This document shows, piece after piece, positions 13,634 to 30,900 of a stretch of 64,000 nucleotides of DNA; within the stretch, counting starts at the first letter, position 1, and every line of letters starts with the position of its first letter. Under the pieces are notes generated by a model. That model did no database searches, was not told the DNA's origin, and worked only from the letters and a program-made list of their open reading frames with translations. The translations under genes and the position numbers were made by a program. This DNA is from the human T2T-CHM13v2.0 reference genome, Homo sapiens. The stretch is from assembly GCF_009914755.1 (NCBI RefSeq), contig NC_060931.1. The stretch is one strand, 5' to 3'.

Positions 13634-14420
13634 ACCCAGGACCTAGCCAAAGCCCACAACACCCCTGAAATTCTCAAGATCAAGTTCAAAAAAAGGGGTC
13701 CCCGTGAAAGTGACCATCAAGATGGCACCACCTCACCAGACCTCCTTGGAGCTCTTCGTGTACCTGAACGAAGTCACGGGCAAGCACGGCATGGGCTGTA
13801 TTGACATTATGGAGAACTGCTTCATTAGAATAAAGTCCAGAGGTATCTACAAGACCCCAGCAGGCACCATCCTTCAACAGGCTGATTTAGACATCGAGGA
13901 CTTCACTATGGATCGGGAAGTGCACAAAATCAACCCTGAGTGTAAATCTGTCCACCATTGCATCACCAAGTCCCAGGAGCAAATGGAAGGAAAAGTGCAG
14001 GTGCCCATCTTCAAGGGCCAGGTGCACATCCTCAGCCAGGAGTCTCTACTCTCTCTCTACAAGGAGGAGCTGGTGAGCGTCAACGTGCAGGGGAATTATG
14101 AGCCAATCGATGCCACCGGTTTCATCAACATCAATTACCTCAGACTGAAGGAATATCATTATTTCCAGAGTAAGGTCACTGTCAAATAGACCCATGTACA
14201 ATGGAGACCTGGGGCCTCCTCACTTTGCAGCTCTCCCAACTACAGGTGCTAATTGTTGTGACGATTTGTAATTGTGACTTGTTCTCCCCAGCTGGCAGAA
14301 TAGTGGGGCTGCCAGGCCCCAACTTTGTTCCCTGATCTCCCTGAAGCCTGCAAAATTGGTCATCAAAGGGAAGGGTGGAGGACAAATGCAGGAGTAAGCT
14401 ATAAAATGACAATTAAAAAA
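13634..14420 (+). pseudogene. ASS1P: ASS1 (argininosuccinate synthase 1) processed pseudogene, 5'-truncated
   Basis: Intronless match from TQD.AKA.NTP to the native stop ([23 protein letters not shown]...GFININ.LRLKEY...QSKVT.K*), followed by ASS1 3' UTR ending atgacaattaaa; frameshifts near 13688-13730; 54-bp in-frame deletion. Confidence 0.97.
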
Positions 14421-14942
14421 TAACAATTCTAAATATTTATGCACCTAATAATGAAGCTTCAAAACACATGAAGTAAAAACTAGAACTGAAAGGAAAAAAA
14501 AGAAACCCATAATAATAGCTGGAGATTTCAACACTACTCTCTAGGTAATTGACAGAACAAAGAGACCAGAAACAGTAAGGATATAAAATACTTCAGTGGC
14601 ACCATCAACAAGTTGACCTATTTGATATTTACAGAACACTCACCCAACAATAGCAGAATACACATAATTTGCTAATGCACGTAAAAAAATTAACTAAAAT
14701 AGGGCATATTCCAGGCCTTAAAAAAATGGATTGAAATCACTCAAAGTACTTTCTTTGATCACAAAGGAGTTAAAACGGAAATCAATTAAGGAACAAGTCC
14801 TGAAATATCTGGAAGTCAAACAATATAATTCTAAATAATCAATGGAAAAAAGAAACCACAAGGGAAATTTAAAAACATCTTGAATAAAATGAAAACATAA
14901 TATACCAAAATTTGTGGGAGAAAACTAAAGTACTGCTCAGAA

Positions 14943-15121
14943 CAGTGTTTCCCCAAATGTGCTACACACTAAAAATCACATAGGGAGTTTTTAAAAATCC
15001 CATTGTACCTCATATCAATTTAATCAATTAAATAAAAATATCTGGGGATGGGAGACAGAATTATTAATTTTTAAGGATTCCCCAGACAATTCCAATTGGC
15101 AACAAAATTTGAGAGCCACTG
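14943..15121. mobile_element. MER5A-like hAT-Charlie MITE
   Basis: TIRs cagtgtttcccca.../...gagagccactg; 8-bp TSD gctcagaa/gtttagaa. Confidence 0.8.
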
Positions 15122-16007
15122 GTTTAGAAGAAATTTTTTTTTTAAATAAACTTCTACGTTAACAAGGTAGAAAAAGAAAAGCAAATTAAAATCAAAGTAC
15201 ATAGAAGGGAAGAAATAATAACAAGCAAATAATCGAAGAAATAAAAAACAAACCCAAAGCTGCTTTTTGGAAAACATTTTTAAATGATAAATAGCTAGAT
15301 GACCATGGGAATAAAATAGAAAAGACACAAATTAACAAATATCAGAAATAAAAAAGGAGATATTATCCAGATACTTCAGACATCGAAACAAAAACAGAGG
15401 ACTATTGTGAACAATTTTATACCATAACTTGGATAAATTAAATGAACCAATTGATTAAAAGACACAAATTATAAAACTGAATCAAAATAAACCCCTCATC
15501 AATCTCAAAAGTTTAACTCATAATTAACAATCTTCCCAAAAAGAAAATTCCTGGACCAGATGGTTTCACTGGTCAATTCTATCAAATATTTAAGGAAGAA
15601 TTAAACCCTATACAAACTTTTTTTAGAAAAGAAAAAAAGAAGAAATACTTCCCAGCTTGTTTATGAAGCCACCAAGCCTCCAAATCCAGATAGAGATTAC
15701 AAAAAAAAAATAAAAGACAGACCAATGTATCTCATACATATAGACATAAAGAAAGATCTTTAACAAAATATTACCAAATCAAACCCAGCAATATAAAAAA
15801 AAAATACATCATGATGAGGTTTGGCTTATCCAGGAATGTGAGATGGGTTTAGCATCCAAAAATCCAATCAATGTAATTTACCATATTAACAGATTAAAAA
15901 ACAAAACTATATGACAATATCAATAGTTACAGAAAAGCATGTGGCAATAATCCCTCAGTCCTAATTTAAGAAAAAAAAAAAAATCTCAGCAAAGTTGAAA
16001 CAGAAAG

Positions 16008-16610
16008 TGTGCCAGTTATCAACCTCTTGCCTGTCAGCTCCAAATTTACCCTTCCCTGTCCTGCTTTGTGATGTGGGAGCTAGACCCTGTATCTTTTCTT
16101 TGCCAGCTGCTGTAACACTAAATTTTGTTAGCAGAGGGTGCTGGAGAGAACAATGCAAGATGAAGGAGCTTCTCTTTCTGCTTCCGATATGCTTTGTTCT
16201 CCTGTTTTTCTTATGGCAATCAGCATCACAAAGATACCCAGTGATACTCACATCCCAGCAAGTTGCAGCAGCACCTCCATAAGCAACTTCCCAGCCAGTT
16301 CCACTAGCATCCCAAGTGGTTTCCTGGCAAGTCGCAAGATGTTCCAACCAGCAGTTTCCCGGAAAGTTTCAAAAACACCCCCATGAGAATCTTTGCAGTG
16401 AACTTGACCCCCTCCTCAGGGGCTGGCTCACTTCCACCACATACCACAGAAGCAAGAAGAGAATAAAGTACACTAGAACCAGAAAGAGAAGCCCCTTCCT
16501 CCTGTTCCCCTGCAGGAAGATTCCGAGTGAATTTCAATGTCACCTCTGCAGGCAATTTCCCAGCAAGTCTCAAAAAGACCCAGAGGGTAGCTTCCTGAAT
16601 CAACAAACTA
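16008..16610 (+). mobile_element. LTR33/LTR41-like ERVL LTR
   Basis: tgtgccagttatcaacctcttgcctgtcagctccaaat...ctgctttgtgatg start. Confidence 0.65.
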
Positions 16611-16612
16611 GG

Positions 16613-17140
16613 GTGCATCCATGTAATCAAATATTAGTGAGTGATTTAAAAAATCATAACCTATAAAGCCATGGAAAGACATGAAAGAGTCTTAGCCAGC
16701 ATACTGCTGAAAGAAGCCAGTATGAAAAAGCTACATATTGTATGATCCCAATTAAATGACATTCTAAAAAAGACAAAATTGTATAAACAGTAAAAAGAAC
16801 AGTAGTAGGAGTAATGGGCAGGAGGAAGATAGAGATGAATAGGTAGGAGCATGGGATTTTTAGGGAAGTGAAACTATTCTGTATGATATCACAATGATGG
16901 AAGCATGACATGCATTTGTCAAAATCCATAGAGCTGTACAACACAAAGAATGAACCCTAATGTATAGACTTTAGTTAATAATATTGTATCAATATTGGTT
17001 CATCAGTTTTAACAAATGTACATTAATGTAAGACTATCATAATAGGTGAAACTGTGTACAGGGAAAAAGGGATTATATGAGAGCTCTCTACAAAAATATA
17101 AAACTGCACTAAAAAATACAGTCTATTAATTTTTAAAAAA
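16613..17140 (+). mobile_element. L1MC-type 3' end
   Basis: gaagccagtatgaaaaagctacatattgtatgat; gaaccctaatgtatagactttag. Confidence 0.8.
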
Positions 17141-17169
17141 ACACATTTTCAAATTTTCCCATAGCTTCC

Positions 17170-17812
17170 TGTAGTGGGCAGAATTCTAAGGTGGCATCCC
17201 AGATTCCTGCCCACTGGTGCACACACTCTGAAGATTCCCTTCCCCTTGGGGGTGGGTAGGGCTTTAAGTATGATAGTTTTCACTCCCAGTATGATGTTAC
17301 ATTATATGACAAGCATGAAAAGATTGTATTAACGTAATTAAAGTCCCAAAGCAGTTGTCTTCGAGTTTGTCAAAACAGAGATGATTCTGGGAGTCCTTAA
17401 AAGGGAGTGGGTCCTCCTTGAAGGATAAGCCTCAAAGCTTGAGAGAGCTTTTCCTGTTGGTCTTAAAGAAGGGGGCCTGTATAGGAGCCATGTAGCAAGG
17501 ACTTACAGGAGGGGACCTCTAGAGACCGAGAGCAGTCTCCAGACAAGAGCTAGCAAGAAAATGTGGACTTCAGTCACACAATCCCCAAAAACTGGATTAT
17601 GCCAACAACCACATGAACATGAAAAAGGATCCTATGAGATCCCAGATGAGATTATAGCCCAGGGGAGACCTTGACTTTAGTATATAAGAACTTGAGCACA
17701 AAATTCAGCTATGCCCAGACTTTTGCCCTACAAAAAGTCTGAGATAATTAATTTATATTTTTACAAGCCACTAAGTTTGTGGCTTATTAAACAGCAATAG
17801 AAAACTAATACA
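17170..17812 (+). mobile_element. MLT1 (E/F-like) MaLR LTR
   Basis: tgtagtgggcagaattctaag ... cagcaatagaaaactaataca. Confidence 0.8.
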
Positions 17813-19244
17813 GTCTGTTACCTTCAGGTTGACAAATCACCAACGTCAACAAAATAGGCTAAAAGAAGACATTTTGGAATTTTGTACATTTTGACAATTG
17901 AAGTGAATTTCATAGTCATAAAAATTTACTTATTTTGCATATAGTTGGCATTTGATATTTTGAAAAGCCAAATTATAACTAGTATATATGACACAACCAC
18001 AGCCTATAGAAAAAAATTACACACCTGAGAATAAAATGCAACAACAAATCTATCAGGAAGTAATTTAGGAATAAAATTCTCAATTTCAAAGAAATTTCAC
18101 ATAACAACTTAAAATTCTACTTAGGATTTTACAAATTGCTACCAAGTGATAATTAAATGTTTTTAATTTTTAAACATATACAGGTTTTAAACAACAACAA
18201 CAACAAAAAAACAGAAAAAAAATTTTGAAACCTGCAAATAAAACATATCATGAGTCCTAAATTTCTGAAAAGAGATTTGCATAATTTTCCTTAATTGTAC
18301 ACTTTAAAATGGTTCATAATATTATGTGAACTTCATCTCAGTTTTAAAAAGTTAATCTGAGCATTCTAAATATTAATTATAATTATTACATGTAGATCTA
18401 CGGAGAACATCTATTCCCAGTTTTTGTCAACACCCAACTACGCAAATAAAATCAACAGCACATAAACAGAAAATCATCAGCTATCCCATTAAAGTACATA
18501 TTGAAACTTTATATACGATGCTTGAAAGGTCACCTGTTCACTGCATTAAAAATTTCTTCCCCGTGCTAGGCATACAATGAATAAAATATGCAGTCTTTCA
18601 GAAAACTGTATGTAATGATATGTCATAGCAGTTCACACAATTGTACTAAACAATATGCATGCTTTCTGTTTTTCTATCAATTAAATATTCAGGAATTACT
18701 GTCAAATGCCATGTCATAGCATGACAGAGATTTAGCCCAGATTTTGAAATCTGGTTTGAACCACTAGAATTAGCAAACTAAGCAGCAACATAAAATATTA
18801 AGCATGTCAACCAAATAATCCACTTTCCCTCTGTCTTTGGAGATGCCTTATTAAATTTCCTAAGAGAAAAATAAAAGTACTTCATGTAAAAAGTTTTAAC
18901 CCCTGCTTTGAAAACACATATTTTAGCCCATCATATAAGGTTTTTTAATATGATTGGTTCTAATAATCATATTTTTAAAATCCCAACCAGAAGAAGCACT
19001 TTAAAAGTATTTTTTCAGTTTAATATGCACAGGTCTGCCAGCATAATATTTGTCCATAATTAAGAAAATTGCTTACTTGCTCAGTAGGCAATACATGAAT
19101 CATATGTAGTATAAAATTAGACCACAATTGAGAGTTTAATCCCTAAACAACATCCAAAGTTAAGCAGAATATGGTATGATACATAATACCTTTAATATAA
19201 TTAAATGAGCCTTAATTTTACATAAATATATTAATAAATTAGAT

Positions 19245-19432
19245 ATATACTATCCAATACAGTAACCATAAACTACATGTATCTATTTAAACTGAAAATA
19301 ATTTAAAGTACATAAAATTAAAGATTCACTTTCTTAGTTGCACTCACCACATCTCAAGTATTCAACAAACTACCATATTAGGTAGCACAGATATAGAAGA
19401 TTTCTATCATTGAAGAAACAGTACTTATTTGA
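19245..19432. mobile_element. MER3/MER33-like hAT-Charlie MITE
   Basis: cttagttgcactcaccacatctcaagt...gcacagatatagaagatttctatcattg. Confidence 0.6.
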
Positions 19433-20624
19433 CAGAGTTGAGTTTACCATAAAACTCATCATAAAGCTTAAGCTTCAGGCCTCCTCATTTGAAAATGTCC
19501 CTGCAGGTACCCTAGCAATGTGTCCATGATTATATATTTTAGTAAAATTTGTAAAAGTAAGATACTTTGCCAATGAAATATCTTTCTCCACTTCCCCTTC
19601 TTCTCCACCAATCTCCTGTTGTCGGGTGGAGGGCGTCACAGTGAGCAACCTGGGGATCATGCAAAGGGTGATATATTCAGTTTGGGTGATACATTCAGAA
19701 TTGGTAGCACATTGTTTTTAGTGGGATATATGTAAGTGGTTCTTGGTCATTTCTATGTGTAATTAGTTTACCATCTGTTCCAGTATAGGAATGGCTTCTA
19801 GGAATACATCCCTTTCCCAACTGTGCTAACTCACATGGGGTCCTGATATGAAGGTTCGTAGTCAGAGGTCTATGAAGACCCCTCAATGTGTAACCTCTGT
19901 CACGAATGTGTCCCATGGCAACGAGAACTAAAGATTTGTGGCAAATGGGAGAGAAGCAGAGACTGAAATTTATACAGCCAGAAGCTACTCTGTGGAAAAT
20001 TCTTCCAATAAGGAGACATGAAATAGAATAAGCAGATAATTCCATTTGTAATCAATGCCTAGTCAAGTTTTCTCTTATTAGGAATAGAGTTGATAGTGCA
20101 TATACAATTATAAATGTAGCAGACATTTCTTTTTTCTTTTTGATGGGACTCACAATGAAATAGAACTTTTCAGACACTGCGTTTGCAAAGCCCAAATCTG
20201 CAGCTGTTCTATAAATACTATGTCTGTGAGTGAAGCTGCACAGTTTATACAGCTCAATTATCAATAATAAAAACAAAATCTTCCTAACCATAGTACAGGA
20301 AAGTCCAATTTATCTTTCTAAATCTATAAAAAATTATATTATAAAGTCATTGTCATCTGAGAGGGGCTCAAACATTATGTATCCTATAGATGTGGAAAAG
20401 GTAGTTTAAAAGTGTGATCAGCAGCTATTTTTCCAAATATTATTATGATAATGTCACTGACCATCTTTTACGAAATTGTAATCAGTTGTGATTTCTTTTC
20501 TCATTCTAAATACATATTGACTTGTATATAAATTTGCATCTGTAATTTTGTATTTTTTTTAGGAGGGCTGCCTCCAAATGGTCTGCCTCCTTTCAGGTCC
20601 CCAATAAAACCTTGATCTGACCCT
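19433..20624. mobile_element. Ancient hAT-Tip100 (Zaphod-like) transposon relic
   Basis: Ends cagagttgagtttacc...aagcttaagcttcagg and aaaccttgatctgaccctg; transposase-like middle. Confidence 0.5.
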
Positions 20625-21693
20625 GATGCTAGAAAATTATGTCTTGATTAAAATATATATTCACTAATTAGTAATCTCTATGTATTCCTTTCTTCATCCT
20701 AGATGTACTGCAATATCAATAACCCAGTCACATCATTGTCACTGAATTCTAGGATTTAAAAGGGTAAATTTGAAATACGTCCCTTCTGCTCACTCTGGAC
20801 CTAATCTGATATCTTTTCAGCCTTCGGTACAAAAAGCTCACACCTCACTAGCACTAATACAAATGTCATTCCTAGTAATTAGGTTACACTGAGTGCCTTT
20901 GAGCTTTGCAGTGCTACTGCCAGTGAAGTTCTTAATACATTTACAGTCATGGTTATTTAAACCACTAAGGCTTTTCTTTGAGTAAACAATATATTGATCA
21001 AATCAAATGCTAGCCTGACAATACCAATTAATTTAAGAAAATAAAAAATACACAAAAATTTCTGTTATCTAATTATATTGAAGAGATTGCTCCTAAAACA
21101 AACATTTGTAAAACCACCTTTTTGTACTATGAAAATTATATTTGTACACATACAAATATAAAAATGCCCAATAGCTAAATGCCACTTATGCAAATAGTCC
21201 CTAAGTTTTCTTTGATTTACAGTTTATTTCATACTCTTTATATTTCATTAAGCCATCCTTCAATAAACTATTTTTTCAATATTGTGTTGCGAAGATATTC
21301 TCAGCCTGAAATTACATCAAATAAATTACAAATCAAATTTCTGAAAGCCACTGCCATAGGTGGAAATCAAATCAAATGCCTAGCTTCACATAAATGGTTA
21401 AAGCTTTAAATAAATTGCATTTATATAATTGCCTTACTTGCTGCTGCCTCCTACAGCTGTAGAATAATGTTATTCCAATATATGAAGAATATATTGGCAG
21501 ACAAGACTAAAAAATTTCGAATTATTAATTAAAAATGGGAAGTTTTATTAAATACATTAAAGAACTGAATTTAGACTTGGAATACATATATTCCTGTAGC
21601 TCTGTTTCTCTGATTAGGCCCTGACTGTTACACTTTTACTAAAGATTTTTTTTAAAAGGAAGAAAAAATTTCTTACCTAAGAGGATTTGGAGC

Positions 21694-22134
21694 TGTGAAA
21701 GGAAATGGGCCCCAAAATCACTAAGCTAAAGGGAAAAGTCGATCTGGGAACTGCTTAGGACAAACCTGTCTCCCGTGCTATTCAAAGTCACTCCTCTGCT
21801 CACTGAAATAAATGTGTATCTGATTGCCTCCTTTGGAGAGGCTAATCAGAAACTCAAAAGAAGGCAATCATTTGTCTCTTATCTACCTATGACCTGGAAG
21901 TCCCCTCCCTGCTTTGAGTTGTCCTGCCTTTCTGGACAGAACCAATGTTTATCTTACATATGTTTATTATGTCTCATGTCTCCCTAAAATGCATGAAACC
22001 AAACTGTGTTCTGACCACCATGGGCACATATCGTCAGGACCACCGGAGACCTTGTCACAGGCACGTGTCCTCAGCCTTGGCAAAATAAACTTTCTAAATT
22101 AACTGAGACCTGTCTCAGATTTTCAGGGTTCACA
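21694..22134 (+). mobile_element. MER4A-like ERV1 solo LTR
   Basis: tgtgaaaggaaa...ggttcaca; 4-bp TSD gagc at 21690 and 22135. Confidence 0.9.
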
Positions 22135-22179
22135 GAGCAAAATGATAATTTACTGCCCTTACTCAAAAAATATTGTCCT

Positions 22180-22425
22180 ATTCATAGAAAAAGAAAATGA
22201 TAAGGTGGTTTCCAGACACTGGAAGTAGTGGAGAAGTGTTACATAGTTATTGCTTAATGGATACACGGCTTCAGTTTGAGACTATGAAAACATTCTGGAA
22301 ATGGATAGTGAGGATGGCTGCACCTGCACCACAATAAGAATGTACTTAATGTCATTGAACTGTACACTTAAAGATGGTTAAAATGGTACATTACATGTTA
22401 TATATATTCTATCACAATAAAAATG
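22180..22425 (+). mobile_element. L1MB 3' UTR fragment
   Basis: ttctggaaatggatagtg...gaactgtacacttaaa. Confidence 0.75.
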
Positions 22426-22718
22426 TTTCAATTGTTCTAATTATATTTACATTTTTATATTCATTTTTTCTGAGATTCAGCCTGAATTGAAAAGTGCTTC
22501 ATTATAAATAATAGAAATTAAATACTTAAGTTGGTCATTCAAACTCACAATAAAATGGAGAAAAGAAATCAAGTTTTCTAAGTTGTGACTCTGTGAGCAC
22601 TTTACTACCACACAAATTGAGAGATCACAAAAGAAATTCCGAACTTCTCTGACCAAGGACAGTTGTTTTGAAACAAATAAAAAAACTATCTGTACAATAA
22701 AGGTACAGGTGAAACTTT

Positions 22719-26203
<3,485 letters not shown>

Positions 26204-27479
26204 GTGAAACTTTTTTAAGTAAAAAGATAGTTAACTATACTAATGGCTACACTGAGCATGATAATTATTGCAGATGGTCAATGGTAAAGCAAGTGTAGTT
26301 GTTTCAGCTGTAGAGATAACGTAATTAAATGAACAGTATAGACATCTGATCAACTTTGAATAATCAATCTTATCACGTATACCAACATGCCCTGTTCTTC
26401 ACAAAATCCATTCACAAATTCTAGGATGTATGATTTTTTAAGTGAATTCTGATTCGTTAGAGGTTAATGTTTACGAATGCAAACAGCATCTGTAGAACCT
26501 GATTTACGGTAAGGTACTTTCTACTCATCACAGTATCTCCACCGTTTAACACTGTTACAACGCAAGTGCACAACAAATATCTGTTTAAGTAGCCAGGAAG
26601 GAAGGAGAGAAGGAAGAAGAGAATGAGGGAGAGAAGGAAGATAGATGGGTGGTTTCGGTAGATTCTTAAAACCCATCCGTTAATACTCAGTGTTTGGCTG
26701 TGGTATGAATAAAAGAGAGAGGCTAGAGACTACAAGTAATTAACAGACTGCGAGGGCCAGTGTCCCAGACTAAGCCATGCTAATTTTTAGATATTACTCG
26801 TGACTTTTTTCTCTACTGACAAAAGCTCAGCATTTAAATATATTAGGTGACACATATATCACAAGGTACCTGAATAACAGCTGGGATTCATTACATCTGT
26901 ATAATCATCTATGCATGATGTATAGCCATGCTACTTAAAACTATATCTTAAATATGAAGACTCTTAACAGAGTAATTTCATACATTCCAAAATATTTCTC
27001 TTCATTGTACATTAATTAAAACTATATTTTCAACATTTTATAATAAATCATTCTAAAAGCCAAATATTAAGCAATTCTACCACAAAACCAAAACATTTGA
27101 AACAATCACCATATTTTGACTTTGCAACTTTTGTAAAATATGTGGTTATTTGGGTCACAGAATTGTATCACATTTGTTGACTACCAGGCAAAATTCTTTG
27201 ACAAGTGACTTTCAGGTTTACACAGTCTGCTGCCATTATAGCAATTATATGGCATAATGGAATGCTAGCCATGTGTACTTCTGACATTCCTCTAAATCCA
27301 GGTCATTAGTCATTACATGAAGTCATTTTAAGTTTCCTTCATCAATTGCCCTCTGTAGTTTTCCAGCTGTCATTTCATTTGTTAGTTTCAACTGAAATGT
27401 AAATGTAATAGATGTAAATGTTTATTTAGGGATTGCTTCCCCTTTCTGTTTTTCACATAAACACTTACATACTTCGATT

Positions 27480-27990
27480 CCTTAAACACAACATGTTTTG
27501 GCAAAACTAATCTATAGTAAAGGGGGAAAAGTGAGAAATGTGGTTCCCTGTGAGGTGTGGGAGCAGAAGGTGACTGAGAAGGACCATGAGAGGACTTTCT
27601 GGGATGATGTTAATGTTCTGTATCTTGATAGAGATTAGGGTTACACAACATAGGCATATGTTAAAACTAGCAAATGTTCACTTAAGATTTATATACACTA
27701 TTGTATTTAAATTTTACCTCAAAAGAAAAAAAAACTGTAAACTATTCTTGAACTCTAGTTAACAATACGCATGTTGAAAGTATTTAGGGGGAAGTGCCTA
27801 TAGTTTACTTTGAAATGCATTATAAATAAATAAGATGGACTGATGGATGAATAGAGGGATTAAAATATAGATAGATAAGATAACAGAAAAGTGATAAGAT
27901 ATGAGTGGTGAGTATACTGGTGTTCACTGTAATTGTCTTTTGACTTCTCTGTATGTTTGAAAATTTCCATAATAAAATACATTTTCAAAT
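27480..27990 (+). mobile_element. L1MC4/5-type 3' UTR
   Basis: ggcaaaactaatctatagt...ttttgacttctctgtatgtttgaaaatttccataataaaa. Confidence 0.75.
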
Positions 27991-30900
27991 TTAAAAAGTC
28001 ATTTCTCCAAAATCCTTTTAATTTTCAAATTCACTCAGTAAAGAAAGAGGAATCAGCAAGTGTTCCCAAACATTTTGAACCATAATCTTAGTTACCCACC
28101 TGCTGGATCATTCTTAGATCATTTCTTAGTAGTCAGAAAAACTGGTCCAAATAATTAAGACTCGATAAAAATCTTGCTAAATTAATCAAACATATAATTT
28201 ATTCATCTACTCCTTCATTTATTCCACAAATACATGTCAAAGACCTCTAAGAAGCAGATGTCTCTTCTAAATGCTACAGAAAAAGAGAACTGAATTGTAA
28301 TACAACGTGATATACATTAACTGCTATAAAAACACGACAGGGAGGGCATTTTCGGGACCATGAAGGGTGAGTAAAATTTTGCCAGATTGGGTACAGGGAG
28401 CAGAAAGTTCATCCCAGGGTATGGACTATCATGTAGGTAACCTTATAATACATAAACTTTGTTTTACAGCTAAAAAAGGTAAATTATATATTTCTGGTAG
28501 TTGCTTCTCAAATATGTCAAAATAATTTAAAATAAATATATGTACATTAATCCCTCCTTTTTGTATCTTACATACTGATTTTAGAAGATTCTGCAATCTT
28601 TTCAATCACCAGTATAATTTAGGTTTTGCTTATTCACCACTAAATCACAGCAACATGTATTTCATTTATAATAATTAAAGGTATGTTCGTTCACATTTGA
28701 TGGTATTACCACTGAGAGGTTTTTTGCAATAACATGTTTTCCCTGGAACTCACTTTGGGAAACAATTCTCTAAAGTCTTGAAATCCCAAGAGTGCATACT
28801 CAGGGATTAGAAAGGTTTCCCTAGACCAGGATGCAAATAAAAATGCAAATCTTTCACACAGCAACTCTGCCCCCAAAAAACTGACAAAGGACAAATATCA
28901 AAGTACTGTGTAAATTGTCTACAATCTATTTAGAGACTTTAAATATGTTATGTTGTCCTTTTTAAGGCATGTGGCTGGTCACATTTCCTTTGATGAGTAG
29001 TTTGCCTTTCTAAGCAACCTAACCAAAATTCTGGCATATGTGAGTTTACTGCAATATTATTTCTTTATGATCTGCAAGATGTGGATATCACTGTCTATCT
29101 CACATGCTTAACGTGAAGGTTATATGAGATTTTTTTAAATAATGAAAGTCAGTGTTTGGTGTTTAATAAATAGTAGTAATTAACAATAAAAAATATTTAC
29201 CCATATACCTATTCAGGCAATTGTACAACCATGCTTTTAAATTTGAGCCAGGAACTGAGGTGAGCCAGAATTCATCTTATTTTATGAGTATAGTTACAAA
29301 GTCCTAACTCATAGTCTCATTGCATTACTGATCACTTTAATGTCATGATAATTTTTCATTTGCTCCCTTTCAGATCCAAACTCCTTACTTCACTGATCAC
29401 CCAAGACTGGTACTCTTTACGGAGTTCGCTAGCGAAGACCTTAGAATTCTTTTATCATTTATCTGTTAGTGGCTGAGGATAGAAATATCAGTGGACCTTC
29501 ACCTCAAATAATCCTCTAAAAAAATTCCCAGCGACTGAGTTGGGCCAGAAGTTCAGACTCAAGATACTTTGTAATTTGTTTCAAATTATTTTCTGTAGGT
29601 ACTATCAAATGATCCCTAAGCCAAATGAAATGCTTTGTTCTAATGACTGAAAAAATCAGTTAAGAAAGGCAGGATTAATATTAGGGCACTTCTTAGGACT
29701 GGACAGTGCATTATAAAAGAAAATGAAGAACATTCAGAGATCCAAGAGAAAAGAGACTTCTAGAACAAAAAATAAATAGAAAACCTGATTTCATTTGTTA
29801 GTACAAATAATAATGACTGTCACTATTTAACAGAAAACTACATTACCATATTGAAATAGAAAGAAGTGAGAATTCGAAGCTATAACTTTGAGATGCAATT
29901 AAGTGATCCAACTCAATAAACCTTAAACAGAAGACTGTTTCTATTCAGAGTGCCAGAACAGTGTGAATCTGGGAACAACCTTGGAAAAGGATCTTGACTA
30001 TGGATCAGATATTAATCTCCATGCTATGTTTCCATTATGCCAAAAAATTAAGCACTCTTAATATTTACGACAGTATTAAATTATAAATCTAGCCCCACAT
30101 ATCAAAAAATTTTAAAATAGTTACATCTTTAATGTCATTAAGAGCAAATACAGAGCCTCAGGCTCAGTTCTATTAGGTAAGTTCATATCACTGACATTTT
30201 CTTCCCATGAAACACATTGGACTTAAGATATAGCTATGAATATAATTTTGCTGGAATACTAATGATATTCATTTTAAAATCTGAGTGCTATTAGTACCCA
30301 CTTTCAATTTTTCATCTTTCATGATACGCTCCTGGTACAAGTGTAGTCTGTGTAGCAACACACTCATGCTGTACACCTCATTGGCTCAGTCCTGTCAGCA
30401 GATTGAGTGCATTTGAATCTTTATGTTCCTTTTTTTAGAATTTGCAATATTCTAGGAGAGTGATTTTCTTTATTGTTCCCTTATATTGTATTTCACCCTT
30501 ACAGAAAATGATAGAGTAATTAGAATCTTATTTTCCAAATAAGTCACTCTGTCTTCTTTGTCTAAAAAATATATTTTCTGTTTCACATATAGATGATAAA
30601 GACTAAAGCAGTAGAAAAATGAATACCAAAAATGTCAAGAGAAATAGGGGGTTTCAATTGTAATTTTTTAAAGTAATAAGGACTGGAAAAAAATTCTATA
30701 TAAAAATTGAATGATTAAAAATACTAAAATGGTTCCTTACTGCCCTAAATAAAACCTTTACAAGATGCTTCATATGTGAAATAAATTAAGAATCAATTCA
30801 AAAGAAGAGAAACTTTTTTCAGTAAAATGGGTAAAATCTTTTAAAAACCTTTTAAAATTTTCTTTGATACAGTAACTTTCTAAAGAAATGTTCAAGTGTC

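Larger units (their letters stand above)
12050..15990 (+). mobile_element. Old L1M (5' region, degenerate ORF1 and ORF2 remnants)
   Basis: ORF1-like (aaatccaagaagttcaacaaagccc) and ORF2-like (tatttatgcacctaat, ggagatttcaacac, ggaccagatggtttcactgg) segments; interrupted by ASS1 pseudogene and MER5A. Confidence 0.75.

Noticed and set aside
13634-14420. Assigning a specific ASS1P number or host gene
   Set aside because: Cannot be determined from the sequence alone.
15961-16666. Cluster of overlapping 80-130 aa ORFs
   Set aside because: Lies in a GC-richer LTR33-like LTR; no protein similarity.
18534-18565. Possible 32-nt minus-strand exon (HGEEIFNAVN)
   Set aside because: Weak acceptor and donor, not frame-preserving, no recognised protein.
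29425-29436. 12-bp palindrome ttcgctagcgaa
   Set aside because: Palindromes of this length are expected by chance in 64 kb.
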